This document shows, one piece after another, positions 1 through 12,010 of a stretch of 64,000 nt of DNA. The DNA lies in NCBI RefSeq assembly GCF_009914755.1, contig NC_060928.1, one strand, 5' to 3'. A program made the translations under genes and the position numbers. The notes under the pieces were generated by a model that saw nothing but the letters and a program-made list of their open reading frames with translations, was not told where the DNA came from and made no database searches. Position 1 is the first letter of the stretch. Every line of letters begins with the position of its first letter. Source of the DNA: the human T2T-CHM13v2.0 reference genome, Homo sapiens.

Positions 1-91
1 GGAGTTTAATGCTGTAGTGTGCAATGATCATGCCTGTGAATAACCCCTGCACTTCAGCCTGGGCAATACAGCAAGACCCTGTCTCTAAAAA
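1..91 (+). mobile_element. 3' part of FAM/7SL-derived Alu monomer, truncated by window edge
   Basis: GCTGTAGTGTGCAATGATCATGCCTGTGAATAACCCCTGCACTTCAGCCTGGGCAATACAGCAAGACCCTGTCTCT-A(n); the GTGAATA segment is typical of 7SL/FAM rather than of a dimeric Alu right arm. Confidence 0.75.
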
Positions 92-791
92 TATACATAT
101 TCAACTAACAATCAAATGAAGAAATATATAATTACCAACTGACAAAAGCTATAAGACATTAGAGAAGCCTCTCTGGTTTAGTGACAGATAATCTGAAACC
201 CAAATGATGAGTAGACTTAATCATTAGGAAATTGTGATGGTGAGGGAGGGGACTCGAAATCAGAAATGTTCCAAACAAAGTAAAATGCTGTTGAAGATGT
301 TCCATATTGGATGCCTGTTGTTTTTGTTCACTCAACATCCCTATCCCCATTCTTTTGGTAATCTAAATTCTTGTAGTTTAGGCTGCTACGTGACCAAGAC
401 CTGCTGCAGTACTCTTTTCTCCAGGGTATTGATCAGTTCAGGAATGGACACTTGTTTTAACCTAGCCAGACAAAGTGTTGTTCTCTGGAGCCTTTCTTGT
501 ATAATATCAGGAAAAACTGAATCATTTAGCTGCAGTTATTAAGCTGAGAATGTGTCATGGTGTGAGAGTCAGCCAACTGTATAGTTAGAGGGAGCACAGT
601 CTACATAAGACTACCTACTTCCAACACCAACAGCAAGCTCAGGAGGTTCCCAAAACATACCTTTGATAATTCACTGGAAGAATTCACAGAGCTCACAGAA
701 AGTTGCTGTACTCATGGTTACAGCTGACTGCAGGGAAAGAATACAAGTCAAATGCAGGCCAAGGAAGAGACACATGGGCCTGGAAGTGAAG

Positions 792-901
792 TGGTATCAT
801 TGTCTAGGGTAAATACCCTGCGTTCATTGTCTCACATCAAGATTAAGGACATGGACAGACACACAGGGAGTGAGTTTAAGAGCAGAGGTTTAACAGGCAA
901 A

Positions 902-942
<41 letters not shown>

Positions 943-1424
943 TGCCTGAAAAGGAAGTACAGTGTGTAGTGGGAGGGCACTGGATTTTATAGACACGCTT
1001 GAGGAGGCAGTGTCTGATTTGCATAGGGCCCACAGATTGGTTGGACCAGGTGTGATGTTTACATACAGGGTGGGGAAGGCTGGTCACCCCACCCTAATCT
1101 GATTATGCAAATGGGCTTTCCACTTGGCTGGCACCATGTTGTCTGCTCCTTACTGTACATGTATCTGGCAAAGAGAAGGGAAGATACAGCTGTTATTTTG
1201 AACATGCTTAGTCCCAGGTAGCCTTTTCCTATGGGCACAGCTGCCAGCGTTCACCCGTGCAAGCTTCTAGCTTTCTCTTCTATGTCTGCAGCTCAATTTT
1301 CCAGGCTGCGCTTTGTTACAAAATAAATGATTTGGTGGCTGCTTTTCATTAAAAGGAAAACCTTACTGAGGACTTCCTTACCCTCACTATCTGCGTAAAT
1401 AATTTCTTTTTAACTCCTATATCA
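792..1424 (-). mobile_element. ERV1-class solo LTR (LTR9-like)
   Basis: Minus strand TGATATAGGAGTTAAAAAGAAATTATTT...CAATGATACCA has TG..CA ends; 4-bp TSD GAAG at 788-791 and 1425-1428; internal (GA)n at about 902-941. Family name is tentative. Confidence 0.8.
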
Positions 1425-1594
1425 GAAGGTGCCAGATGTGGAGCTTCCAGTTGTCCTCTCCCCATGGAGTCAGGACAGCATTACTGTCCTGGAGTAAGTT
1501 TGTGACGGTATGCAAAGTACTGCCACACAGAAAATTCTCTCAAGCCTCAGGGTCCAGAGTTTTACTGGAGCTCCATACAGGCAAAATTGATTAG

Positions 1595-1672
1595 CCACGT
1601 GACTGATTTCAGTCTCCAGTACCCAAAGTCCCCACGTGACTGATTTCAGTCTCCAGTACCCAAAGTCCCCAC
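1595..1672 (+). repeat. Perfect 37-bp tandem duplication
   Basis: CCACGTGACTGATTTCAGTCTCCAGTACCCAAAGTCC at 1595-1631 and 1632-1668, followed by CCAC. Confidence 0.95.
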
Positions 1673-2280
1673 CTTAAGTAACCTTGGTGGTGTGGCTCAA
1701 AGCCACAATCACAAAGCTCTAAATCACATTGTTACTATCTGGCTGGCCCAAGGCCCCCAGGCAAACAGAGACACTCTTGTCAGGCATGACATTCCAAGGA
1801 CCTAAAGATTACCTCCCAGAAACCAAGAGCAAAGGCCAGATCACTCTTTGAGTAAGGTTCATTCCTTACTTCACAAACAGTCATCTCTGACAGTGAATAT
1901 TCTGCCTCCATAATGACAGTCTGTGATAAGAAGGAATTAAATCAAAGATAAGCAGAGTTAAAAGATGAAGCAACAGAGCAATAAGGTCATAATTTGAGTT
2001 CCCAGAACCAGCCACGCCTGAAGCCAGCTGCCTCCTAGGTTCCTCACTTGCATGCACTACCATATTTCCTTTTTCGCTTAAGTTGTTTATATTTGCCCTT
2101 TGAATTAGAGAAGTTCTGAGGTAGGAGAGAGATTTTTCATTTCAAACATTTGAAAGAAAAACTGGAATATAGTGAGCAAGGGAAAGTGAGTGGTGGATAA
2201 AGCTAAAGACATAGGAAAGGGCAAGATTATGTGAGGGTCTAACAGTGATATTAAGAATTAGGCATTAACCTAAGGGAATT

Positions 2281-2548
2281 AATGCAGGAATAGAAAACCA
2301 AACACCAGATGTTCTCACTTATAAGTGGGAGCTAAACACTGATACGAAAAGGGGAACAAGAGGTTCCCTGTGGCCTATTTGAGGATGGAGGCTGGGAGAG
2401 GGTGAGGTTTGAAAAGCTACCTCGAGTAACTATGATGATTACCTGGGTGACAAAATTATCTGTACCCCAACTCCTGTGACATGCAATTTACCCATGTAAC
2501 CTGCATATGTACCCCCTGAACTGAAAGTAAAAGTTGGAAAGAAAAACA
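2281..2548 (+). mobile_element. L1 3' end (old L1PA/L1PB type), 5' truncated
   Basis: GAAAACCAAACACCAGATGTTCTCACTTATAAGTGGGAGCTAAAC...CTGCATATGTACCCCCTGAACTGAAAGTAAAAG is L1 3'UTR. Confidence 0.85.
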
Positions 2549-2644
2549 GAATTAGGGAATTTCTCCTAAGTGCAGTGGGAATCTTCTGAAGGATTTTTAA
2601 AGGCAAGCAACATTATCTGACCTATCTATATATCTATATATAGA

Positions 2645-2954
2645 TTTTTCTTTTTTTTTTTGATAGAGTTTCGCTCTTGTTGCCCAGGCTGGAGTGCAGT
2701 GGTGCAGTCTCTGGCTCACTGCACAATCTCCATCTCCCAAGATGCCAGGTTCAAGCAATTCTCCTACCTCAGCCTCCTGAGTAGCTCAGACTATAGGCAC
2801 CAGCCACCACACCTGGCTCACTTTTGTCTTTTTAGTAGAGACAGGGTTTCACCACGTTGGCCAGACTGGTTTCAAACTGCTTATCTCGGGTGAATCTGCC
2901 TGCCTCGGCCTCCCAAAGTGCTGGGATTACAGGTGTGAGCCACCACGCCCAGCC
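2645..2954 (-). mobile_element. Alu (AluS, Sq/Sp-like)
   Basis: Poly(T), GAGTTTCGCTCTTGTTGCCCAGGCTGGAGTGCAG ... GGGATTACAGGTGTGAGCCACCACGCCCAGCC. Confidence 0.95.
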
Positions 2955-3099
2955 AATCTGATCTATATTTTAAAACATATATATGGAGAAAGGACAGGAT
3001 TATGGGGAAGAGTGCAAACAAGAAGAGTATTTACATTTAAGAAAAATTTGGAAGTAAATTGGCCTGTTGGACTGTCTATGGAGGTGACTTTCTCCAGCA

Positions 3100-3520
3100 A
3101 GTGTCAAAAATTAGCCTCAGATTTATGGCATGAGCCAGTGGATGGATGGAAGTAGCTTTTTTTGAGATGAGAAAATAGAGGAATGAGATTGTAGATCAGT
3201 TTTGGATATGATAAATTTAAAATGCCTGTGAGCTATTCAAGTAAGAGGTTGGTTTCAAGGACACAAGAGAAGAAAGTATGTCAGAAAGGAGGGAGTGGTC
3301 AACTGTGTTAAATCTTTCTGAGAGTTAAGATGAGAACCAAAAGGTGTCTGCTGGATCTGGAAGCATGACAGCTTTTGAGGACCTTGAACAAGAGCTGTTT
3401 TAATAGAGTGGTGGCAAAGAAGCCATGTGAATTGCAGTAAAGAGTGAATGAAAGGCAAAGCAATTAAGACTGCACATATACAACATTCTTAATAAGATTT
3501 TCTATGAAAGAGAGTAAAGA
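3100..3520 (-). mobile_element. L2 fragment
   Basis: CAGTTTTGGATATGATAAATTTAAAATGCCTGTGAG and GACCTTGAACAAGAGCTGTTTTAATAGAGTGGTGG resemble antisense L2. Confidence 0.65.
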
Positions 3521-3763
3521 GAAAACTGAACATGGGTGTGAAGTGTGGGGAAGGTTTGTTTGTTTTTAAGCTGGGAAATGCTTGCTCATGTCTGAATGCA
3601 GATACATAGATGCTGATAGACAGAAAAATGGAAGATGTAGAGGAAAGAAAAATAATTTATTAGTCAGGGTAATGATATAACCAAAGGACTCTGCAATATA
3701 TAATAGGTCAAGCACAATAGAAATTCATTTCTCACTCACATGAAGTTCAAAACAGATGTTCTG

Positions 3764-3801
3764 TTTTTTTCTCTTCTTCCTTCTCTCCTTTCCTTTTCTC
3801 T

Positions 3802-3849
<48 letters not shown>

Positions 3850-3850
3850 T
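3764..3850 (-). repeat. (GAAA)n-type tail of the Y RNA retrocopy
   Basis: (TTTC)n and pyrimidine run directly abutting the Y RNA 3' end. Confidence 0.9.
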
Positions 3851-3851
3851 C

Positions 3852-3961
3852 AGATGAGTCAAGTGCAGTAGTGAGAAGTGGGGAAAGAGTAGAATGAGGA
3901 ATTTGATCTGTAACTGACTGTGACCAATCAATTGAGATAACTCACTACCTTCAGACCAGCC
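3852..3961 (-). pseudogene. RNY1: Y1 RNA (RNY1) retropseudogene
   Basis: Minus strand reads GGCTGGTCTGAAGGTAGTGAGTTATCTCAATTGATTGGTCACAGTCAGTTACAGATCAAATTCCTCATTCTACTCTTTCCCCACTTCTCACTACTGCACTTGACTCATCT, about 9 substitutions from hY1 as I recall it; A-rich tail; degenerate TSD CAAAACAGATGTT (3748-3760) / CCAAATAGATATT (3962-3974). Symbol is the parent gene. Confidence 0.95.
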
Positions 3962-4101
3962 CCAAATAGATATTGTTAATGGTACCTGGGTCTTCTCTAA
4001 TGGTGATACTGAAACCCAGGTTCCATCCATCTTGTGGAAGTGCCACCCTTAATACTTGGTTTTCAAGTTTGCTGTGCCTCTCTGCATCAAATGGCAGAAG
4101 G

Positions 4102-4807
4102 TGTTACAGTAGGTAGCTAGCCAGGCATGAGCGGGGCAGGAGAGGGCTCCCCCAACACCCCTACTGGGAAGGTCAGGTGCCCATCAGGTGATGGCCAGGC
4201 AGTTGTTAACTTTCTCTCTAAAATAATACTTGGTCATGGCCAGCACCAGGGAAAGGCAGTCTTCCTATATAGAGAGGAAACACCTGTAACTGGTAATCCG
4301 CAGCTTTCGGGAGTTGGGCAAGTGAACCCAAGCATGCACATTGAGAGACAAAATGGCAGAGTATGACCTTCCAGGGGCATTCCACTGGAAATGGGAAGAA
4401 AGCCTCAGGTGAGCATGTGTACAACTTCTTAAACACACTGTGCATGCTCACCTCCCAAGCACAAGGAGGGCACTGCACATGCAGCTGTCTCACCCTAAGG
4501 GAAGAATCAAAAGAAAGGGGTGCAAGATGCCAGAAATATGCGAGCATATAAAACTCCAAGTCAAAAGGTCAAACACTGCACTTGTCCTTCAAGTTGCCCG
4601 TTTGGGTCTCTTCCAAGTGTACTTTCCTTTTATTCCTACTCTAAAGCTTTTTAATAAACTTCCACTCTTGCTCTGAAACTTACCTCCATCTCTTTTCTGC
4701 CTTATGGCCCTCAGTTGAATTCTTTCTTCTGAGGAGGCAAGAATTGAGGTTGCTGTAGACTGGTACAGATTTGCCACGGGTAACCCAGATATTTGCCACC
4801 CATAAGA
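4102..4807 (+). mobile_element. MER50-like ERV1 solo LTR
   Basis: Starts TGTTACAGTAGGTAGCTAGCCAGGCATGAGCGGGGCAGGAGAGGG; TATAAAA near 4547, AATAAA near 4653; 4-bp TSD AAGG at 4098-4101 and 4808-4811. Confidence 0.85.
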
Positions 4808-6129
4808 AAGGGAGAAGAAGCATTCCTGCTTTTGAAGCTAGCTGATGGACCCATGCCCCTTCTAATCATATTATATTGAGAAGAACTAGTCATGTGGTTC
4901 CACCTAAAGGCAAGGGAGGTTAGGGAATGTCATTACTGGTAGGGCGGCCACTACTTCCCAGCAACAACTTTATACCATGAAAGAAGCAGCCCAGATTTAG
5001 GAGGACAATGATTTCTGCTACAGGTAATAAATAACCAGTTAGAAACATTCTCTGAGAAGGCAGGACAGAACAGAATCCAGAACATACATGAAAGAATTTG
5101 CTTTTGATAGGAGAAGGGAGAAACCCTCCATTGAAAGAGAAGGAATGAGAAGTAAATAGGGGTTTGTATTTTTCTCACTTATAGTGAGTGCCAATTGGAG
5201 GAACAGCATAAAGAGTATAGGAGTTGAAACCAAGCTATGCCCAAATTTGGGACCCTAGTCTACCATACAGAATTTGCCTGAGGAATAAGGACTGCTGGTC
5301 ACCTACTTTAGCAGAATGTTTACTAACAGGATTGAATTAAAAGGAATACACAGACAGGATAAACCACGCTTGAAGAAAGCTGAGATTTATTCTTTTGGGG
5401 GCTACTTCACCTATTTCTGGCCTCTGTCATGATGATCTAAAGAAAAACTCAGAGAATGAGGTTTTGTCTCAAAATGAAATCACCTTAAAGCAGTGCCAAA
5501 GGCCTTGCCCTCCCTCAAATATAACAGCATAAAAAACAAACTAAAAACCTTGCTAAAAGTAACCTGGGGGAAGAGTTCAAAAGATAAACAATAAGTTGCT
5601 CTCTACTTGTAGAAGCTGAGGGAAAGCTGATCACGAGCTAGGTCAGGTTAGCCAGCTCTGATACCACAACTTGTGGTGAAGTCAGCAGCACAAATTCAAA
5701 AAGCCTTGCTGTGCTAAGCTTCACTATCTTGGCTCTCACACAAGAAAGGGAACTTGTGACCGAAAGGGACACTCCAAAAAGAATTTCAATGAAGTACAAC
5801 TTGAACAAAAACAATAAGTTGCCCAGATTTCTTGGATCACAGACAGAGGGCCTGGCATGTGGAATGAATGCCATCAGCAGAGAACACAGCCTTGATTGGT
5901 AGCTATGGAGCCCACTGCCCACGTGGTGTCCCCAGGCTGGCTTCCTGGTGAATGCTTTTTGGTGAATGCCAATCCACTCCCCCGGCTCCTTCTTGCTGTT
6001 TTTTCCTCCCTCCAAATGATTCCCACAGAAATTTTTCCCACCCTAGACACCATGATAAATACTCTTTACTAAGATGTCATCACAGTTTGGCTTTGTAAAA
6101 AATTTTCCTTCAGGAACGCAGAGCAACAT

Positions 6130-7640
6130 TGATGGTAGGAATTAAAATGGTTCAACCCTTTGGAGAATTGTTTAGCAGTTTCTCACAGTGATAAACATAT
6201 ATCTACCCTGTGATTCAACAGTTCCACTCCTGGGTATTTACCCAAGAGCAGTGAAAATATATGTTCACACAAAGACTATCACAAGAATGTTCATGGCAGC
6301 TTTATTTATAACAAGCAAAAACTGGATGCAACCTAAATATCTATCAACAGGAAAATGGATAAACAAACTGTTGTATATCTACACAATTCAATAGTACTTG
6401 GCTCTAATTATCTGATTTTTAAAATGGGCAAAAGATTTGAATAGACATTTCTCAAAAGAAGATATACAAATGGTAAACAGGCATAAGAAAAAGTGCTCAA
6501 CATCATTGATCATCAGAGAAATGCAAATCAAAACTACACTGAGATATCATCTCACTCCAGTTAAAATGGCTTTTATCCAAAAGACAGGCAATAACAAGTG
6601 CTGGTGAGGATGTGGAGGAAAAGGAACCTTTGTACAATGCTGCTAGGAATGTAAATTAGTGCAACCACTATGGAGAACAGTTGGAGGGTCCTCAAAAAAC
6701 TAAAAATAGAGCTATAATGTGATCCAGCAACCCTACTGCTACGTATATTCCCAAAAGAAAGGAAATCAGAATATCGAAGAGATATTTACACTCCGATGTT
6801 TGTTGCAGACTGTTCACAATAGCCAAGATTTGGAAGCAACCTAAGTGTCCATCCAGTGATGAATAGATACAGAAAATGTGGTACCTACACAGAATGGAAT
6901 ACAATTCAGCCATAGAAAAGGATGAGATCCTGTCATTTGCAAAAACATGATTATAACTGGAGGTCATTTTGTTAAGTGAAATAAGCCAGGCACAGAAAGA
7001 CAAACATTGCATATTCTCACTTATTTGTGGGTTCTAAAAATCAAAACAATTGAACTCATGGAGATAGAGAATAGGATGGTTACCAAAGGCTGGGAAGGGT
7101 AATGGCAGAGGGGGTGAGCAGGAGGTGGGGATAGTTAATAGGTACAAAAAAAGAATAGTTAGAAAGAATGAATAAGATCTAGTACATGATAGCACAATGA
7201 GTGAACTATAGTCAGTACTCATTTAATTATACATTTACAAATAGCTATAAGTATAATTGGATTGTTTATAACACAAAGGATAAATGCTTGAGGGGATGGA
7301 TACCCAATTTTCCATAATGTGATTATTACACATTGCATGCCTGTACCAAACTATTTCATGTACCCCATAAATATGTACCCACAAAAATTAAAAAATAAAA
7401 AAATTTAAATACTACTGGTAAGCGCAATGGCATGAATGAATTACCGAAACAGTATGCTGAGTGAAAGAAAGCCAGATGCACACAAACAAAATTATACAGT
7501 ATGATTCTGGGATGATGAAAATATTCTATATCTTGTTTTGAATGGTGGTTGCATGAGTGTATAAAGTTGTCAAAACCCATTTAACTGAACATCTCAAATC
7601 AAGGCTTTTATTGAATATACATTATACCTCAAAAATAATC
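6130..7640 (+). mobile_element. Old L1M 3' region (about 6130-6400 and 7410-7640) split by an L1MA-type insertion
   Basis: CCACTCCTGGGTATTTACCCAAGAG...AAATGGATAAACAAACTG before, and TATGCTGAGTGAAAGAAAGCCAGA...CATTATACCTCAAAA after the younger L1. Confidence 0.75.
6403..7407 (+). mobile_element. L1MA-type 3' end (ORF2 C-terminus remnant plus 3'UTR)
   Basis: AAAATGGGCAAAAGATTTGAATAGACATTTCTCAAAAGAAGATATACAAATGG through CATGTACCCCATAAATATGTACCCACAAAAATTAAAAAATAAAA. Confidence 0.9.
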
Positions 7641-8019
7641 TTTTATGAAATGCTGTTAACATACCCTTTACCTATTCTCACACTTCAGGTGCTGGAAAAT
7701 ATGCTTCCTGTCCCTTCTAATACCTTAGAATGGCTTACAAAGCAGTCTAGAATTTAAAGGCAAACACCAGCAGCAGTAAATGACACACTGCAGCTAAACC
7801 CATGGAGAAACGGGCTGTGAGTGCCTTGGCATGGGGCACTGGAATTAAACCCTGTTAACTGTATTTTTGTCACGAACAGACACCTCTTCTATTCTGGCTT
7901 AGAAGTAGGTAAATGCTAATTTTAACTATACTGGCTCCTGGGGATTACACTGAGAGAACTTAGCAAGAACTGACACATATAGTATGGGAATAGAAAAATC
8001 TGGTGTCATCATCTGTTAA

Positions 8020-8317
<298 letters not shown>

Positions 8318-8357
8318 ATCTTTTAAATTTAATTTAATTTTTAAATTAAAAAAAATT

Positions 8358-8958
<601 letters not shown>

Positions 8959-9074
8959 CTGTGTTGTCATCTTTAATCCCTATATAGACTCCCTTCCCTG
9001 AGTTCCTATTGTATTCTTACCTGTACCAAACAACTCAGCTCTTTATTTTGTATATAATAGATTACTTATGAGGC

Positions 9075-9215
9075 AGGCAATACAGTGGAATGGTTAAAAA
9101 CATGGTCTGTATAATCCAAGAGAAACCTGAGTTCAAATTCTGGCTCTGTGATTTATTACCCGTCTAAATTCGGAGAATGCACTCAGCCTCTCTATAGTTC
9201 AATAACCCATATGCT
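9075..9215 (+). mobile_element. MIR fragment
   Basis: TACAGTGGAATGGTTAAAAACATGG...CCTGAGTTCAAATTCTGGCTCTG. Confidence 0.6.
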
Positions 9216-9441
9216 AGACAGTCTGGATTCCAAGAGGGAAAGATTGAAGAGGGATGTTCTATACTTACCAAACTTGTCAGTTTCACTCTCCTGGGATAGA
9301 ATGGTCAGCAGTTTGGGAGAGCTGAAGGTTGTGCTAATAGAAAGGAAACATCGGGAATGGGAACAAAACATTATCTCCCTAGCAAATTGTATGGGATTTC
9401 ACCACGTTCAAAGCTCTTCCACCTAAATTGTCTATGGTAAG

Positions 9442-9565
9442 ATTGCTGTGCAGTCTTCCATAGAGAGGACATAACACAGTGTCTGTTCATTCTAGTGGAT
9501 GGGAATTTGGGTAGTTTCCAGCTAGGGGCTTTTATGACTACTGTTGCTATTAGCATAAATGTCTT
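9442..9565 (+). repeat. 124-bp non-tandem direct copy of 10043-10166
   Basis: ATTGCTGTGCAGTCTTCCATAGAGAGGAC...TAGCATAAATGTCTT occurs twice, 601 bp apart, with 3 mismatches. Confidence 0.95.
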
Positions 9566-9714
9566 ATTATCCATACTTAATAAATATAGAAATGATGGTT
9601 CAAAAATTATTGTCTGTATCAACATGAAGCTGACAATAAACCAACTACACCTTCAGTAAGTGAACAAAGTGATTTTCAATGACTTTTGTTAGTTTCTAAT
9701 ATAGGCAAATATTC

Positions 9715-10385
9715 TAAACTTTTAATTGACAAATACATAAAGAAAAAGGCACAAGTAGTAAGTATACACTGTGATGGATTTTGTATAAATCAAACATAAG
9801 CATGTAGTCGTCACCCAAATTAAGAAACTGAACACTCCCAGTGCCTCCAAAACCAGCCTCCACAGCCACTTCCTCACAGCCTCCCCAAAGAGTAACCATA
9901 TCTTCACTTCTAACACTGAAATTAGTTCTGCCTGTTTTTGAACTATATATAAGTGGAATCATATTAAATCACACACTAGGCTCCTTTTTGCCCATCACTT
10001 TTGCTCAGTTTGGTATGATTTATCCATGCTGTGATCATTCTTATTGCTGTGCAGTCTTCCATAGAGAGGACATAGCACAGTGTCTGTTCATTCTAGTGGA
10101 TGGGCATTTGGGTAGTTTCCAGCTGGGGGCTTTTATGACTACTGTTGCTATTAGCATAAATGTCTTTCTGTGAGCCAATATATGAATTTTTGTTCTGTAA
10201 AAATTCAGTAGTAGACTTGCTGAGTCTTCATATGTTCAGCTTGAATAGAGAGTGCCAAACATTTTCCAAAAGGTTTGTTCCAACTTGCATTCCTACCAGC
10301 AGCTAGCTCCTTTTGTTTCCCATCCTTGTCAATACTTGTTACTATCAGTCTTTTGCATTTTGGCCATTGTGGTGAAGCTGGGGCA
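9715..10385 (-). mobile_element. Old L1M 3' region
   Basis: TTAGTTCTGCCTGTTTTTGAACTATATATAAGTGGAATC, GTGGATGGGCATTTGGGTAGTTTCCAG and CATCCTTGTCAATACTTG are antisense L1M motifs. Confidence 0.8.
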
Positions 10386-10802
10386 CATTTTATCTTCAGT
10401 ACCAACTGTTGGCAGTCTTTTTTTTTTTCTGCTACTTGAGTTTCATTTCCTTTCACACAGTGGCTAGATACTTTCGTTCCAGTTTCTTCTTTTACTTAAA
10501 GTTGTCCTCTCTACAAGAAATTCTGGTGAGTTCTTTCTTGTCTTGTCTTTGTTTTTCTTTTTCCCCTAATGTTGCTTTCAGTCACCCTGATACGTACTTC
10601 TTAACTACCTCTCAGAGCCACTCCTCCAGGTGACCTCTGTGACACTGGTCAGGGCGTTCAGCCACCTGGATCATGACCCCACTTGTACCCCCAGGGTCCC
10701 TGGGTTTGAATTTTCTCTCCTATCTCATCTAGCCTCATTCATACGCATCCTGGGACCAGTTCTAGTCCCATTTCTTTACCAGGCCCTAAAAACTGTCAGA
10801 TA

Positions 10803-11120
<318 letters not shown>

Positions 11121-11129
11121 TTAATAAAA

Positions 11130-11310
11130 ACAGTTAGCATTTGTTGACAGTTTACATAATAATCTTACATTCTACACAAAAATTCTACATTTTACAGATG
11201 GGGAAACTAAGGAACAGGAAGATTAAAGTTTCCAGAGTTCAAACTGCTACTGATTGACAGAGCCAGAATTCAAACCCAGCAAGTCTTAACCCTACAGTGC
11301 ACACTCTTAG
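11130..11310 (-). mobile_element. MIR fragment
   Basis: CATTTTACAGATGGGGAAACTAAGG...GAGCCAGAATTCAAACCCAG. Confidence 0.7.
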
Positions 11311-11674
11311 GACTTCGGTGACTTCAGCCCCTGCTGTCTGTGCCACTCAACTGCCAACTCTATTTAGATTCTTGTGTTTCTGGTCATCTTTATATTTCCA
11401 TCTCCATCACCATGATTTTGAATCTTTGGGATCTCCCGTCTGATCTTGTAGGGCATTTAACAAATGGAAATATTGGTTGAAAAGAAAAGTAAAAACTTAA
11501 AAATTCTATGTGAGAAATAATACCACAAGGTGAAAACACGGATAACAAATCAGAAGAATAAAATATATGACAAAGATTTAATATCCTTACCACCCTTTTA
11601 CAAATCTATAATAAAGAAGGCATGCAACCTATCGTTAAAAATGAGTAATATAAAAATGAGTAACATAAGAGTTG

Positions 11675-11777
11675 ATCCTTTCATAGTTCATATGCGTGCT
11701 GATTGGGGGTTCATGCTCTGGTGTGAGATGTGCTTCCCTCAAGCCTTGTTAAGACATGAGCACATTACCATCTGATA
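11675..11777 (+). pseudogene. SNORD13: U13 (SNORD13) snoRNA retropseudogene
   Basis: ATCCTTTCATAGTTCATATGCGTGCTGATTGGGGGTTCATGCTCTGGTGTGAGATGTGCTTCCCTCAAGCCTTGTTAAGACATGAGCACATTACCATCTGA is collinear with U13 as recalled; box D CTGA at 11772-11775, box C mutated (GTGCTGA 11696-11702); A-rich tail; flanking AAAAATGAGTAACAT / AAAAATAAGTAATGT. Symbol is the parent gene. Confidence 0.9.
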
Positions 11778-12010
11778 TGAACATAATAATAATAAAAATA
11801 AGTAATGTAACAGTAAAGTAAGCAATTCACACTAGTGGAAATGGCTAAGTAATTTATAAAAAGGTTTACTTCACTGGTAATAAAATGAATGAAAATCTGA
11901 TTTTTTACTTTATACTTTCCTATATTGTTCATGTATTTATTCATTTTTCAAGAGTATGTATTAGTTTTATCCTTTTAAATTTTAATTTGATTAATTAATT
12001 ACTTAATTAA

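Larger units (their letters stand above)
553..1875 (-). mobile_element. MER21-like LTR interrupted by a younger LTR
   Basis: Minus strand starts TGTGAAGTAAGGAATGAACCTTAC...GATCTGGCCTTTGCTCTTGGTTTCTGGGAGGTAATCTTTAGG, like the MER21 5' end; sequence is collinear across the 792-1424 insertion. Confidence 0.75.
305..2120. mobile_element. Old MaLR LTR (MLT1-like), two halves (about 305-550 and 1880-2120) split by MER21
   Basis: Diverged MLT1-type motifs such as CCAGCCACGCCTGAAGCCAG...CATATTTCCTTTTTCGCTTAAG near 2010-2080. Confidence 0.5.
3660..5025. mobile_element. Old MLT1-like LTR hosting the Y RNA retrocopy and MER50
   Basis: TAGTCAGGGTAATG...CACAATAGAAATTCATTTCTCACTCACATG, and AGAACTAGTCATGTGGTTCCACCTAA...GCAAGGGAGG after the insertions. 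Confidence 0.55.

Noticed and set aside
5638-6015. 125-aa minus-strand ORF in unique DNA
   Set aside because: Starts at TTG, no recognisable homology and no convincing splice context.
6188-7222. L1 ORF2-like peptides
   Set aside because: Fragments of 5'-truncated, stop-ridden old L1 copies; not retrotransposition competent.
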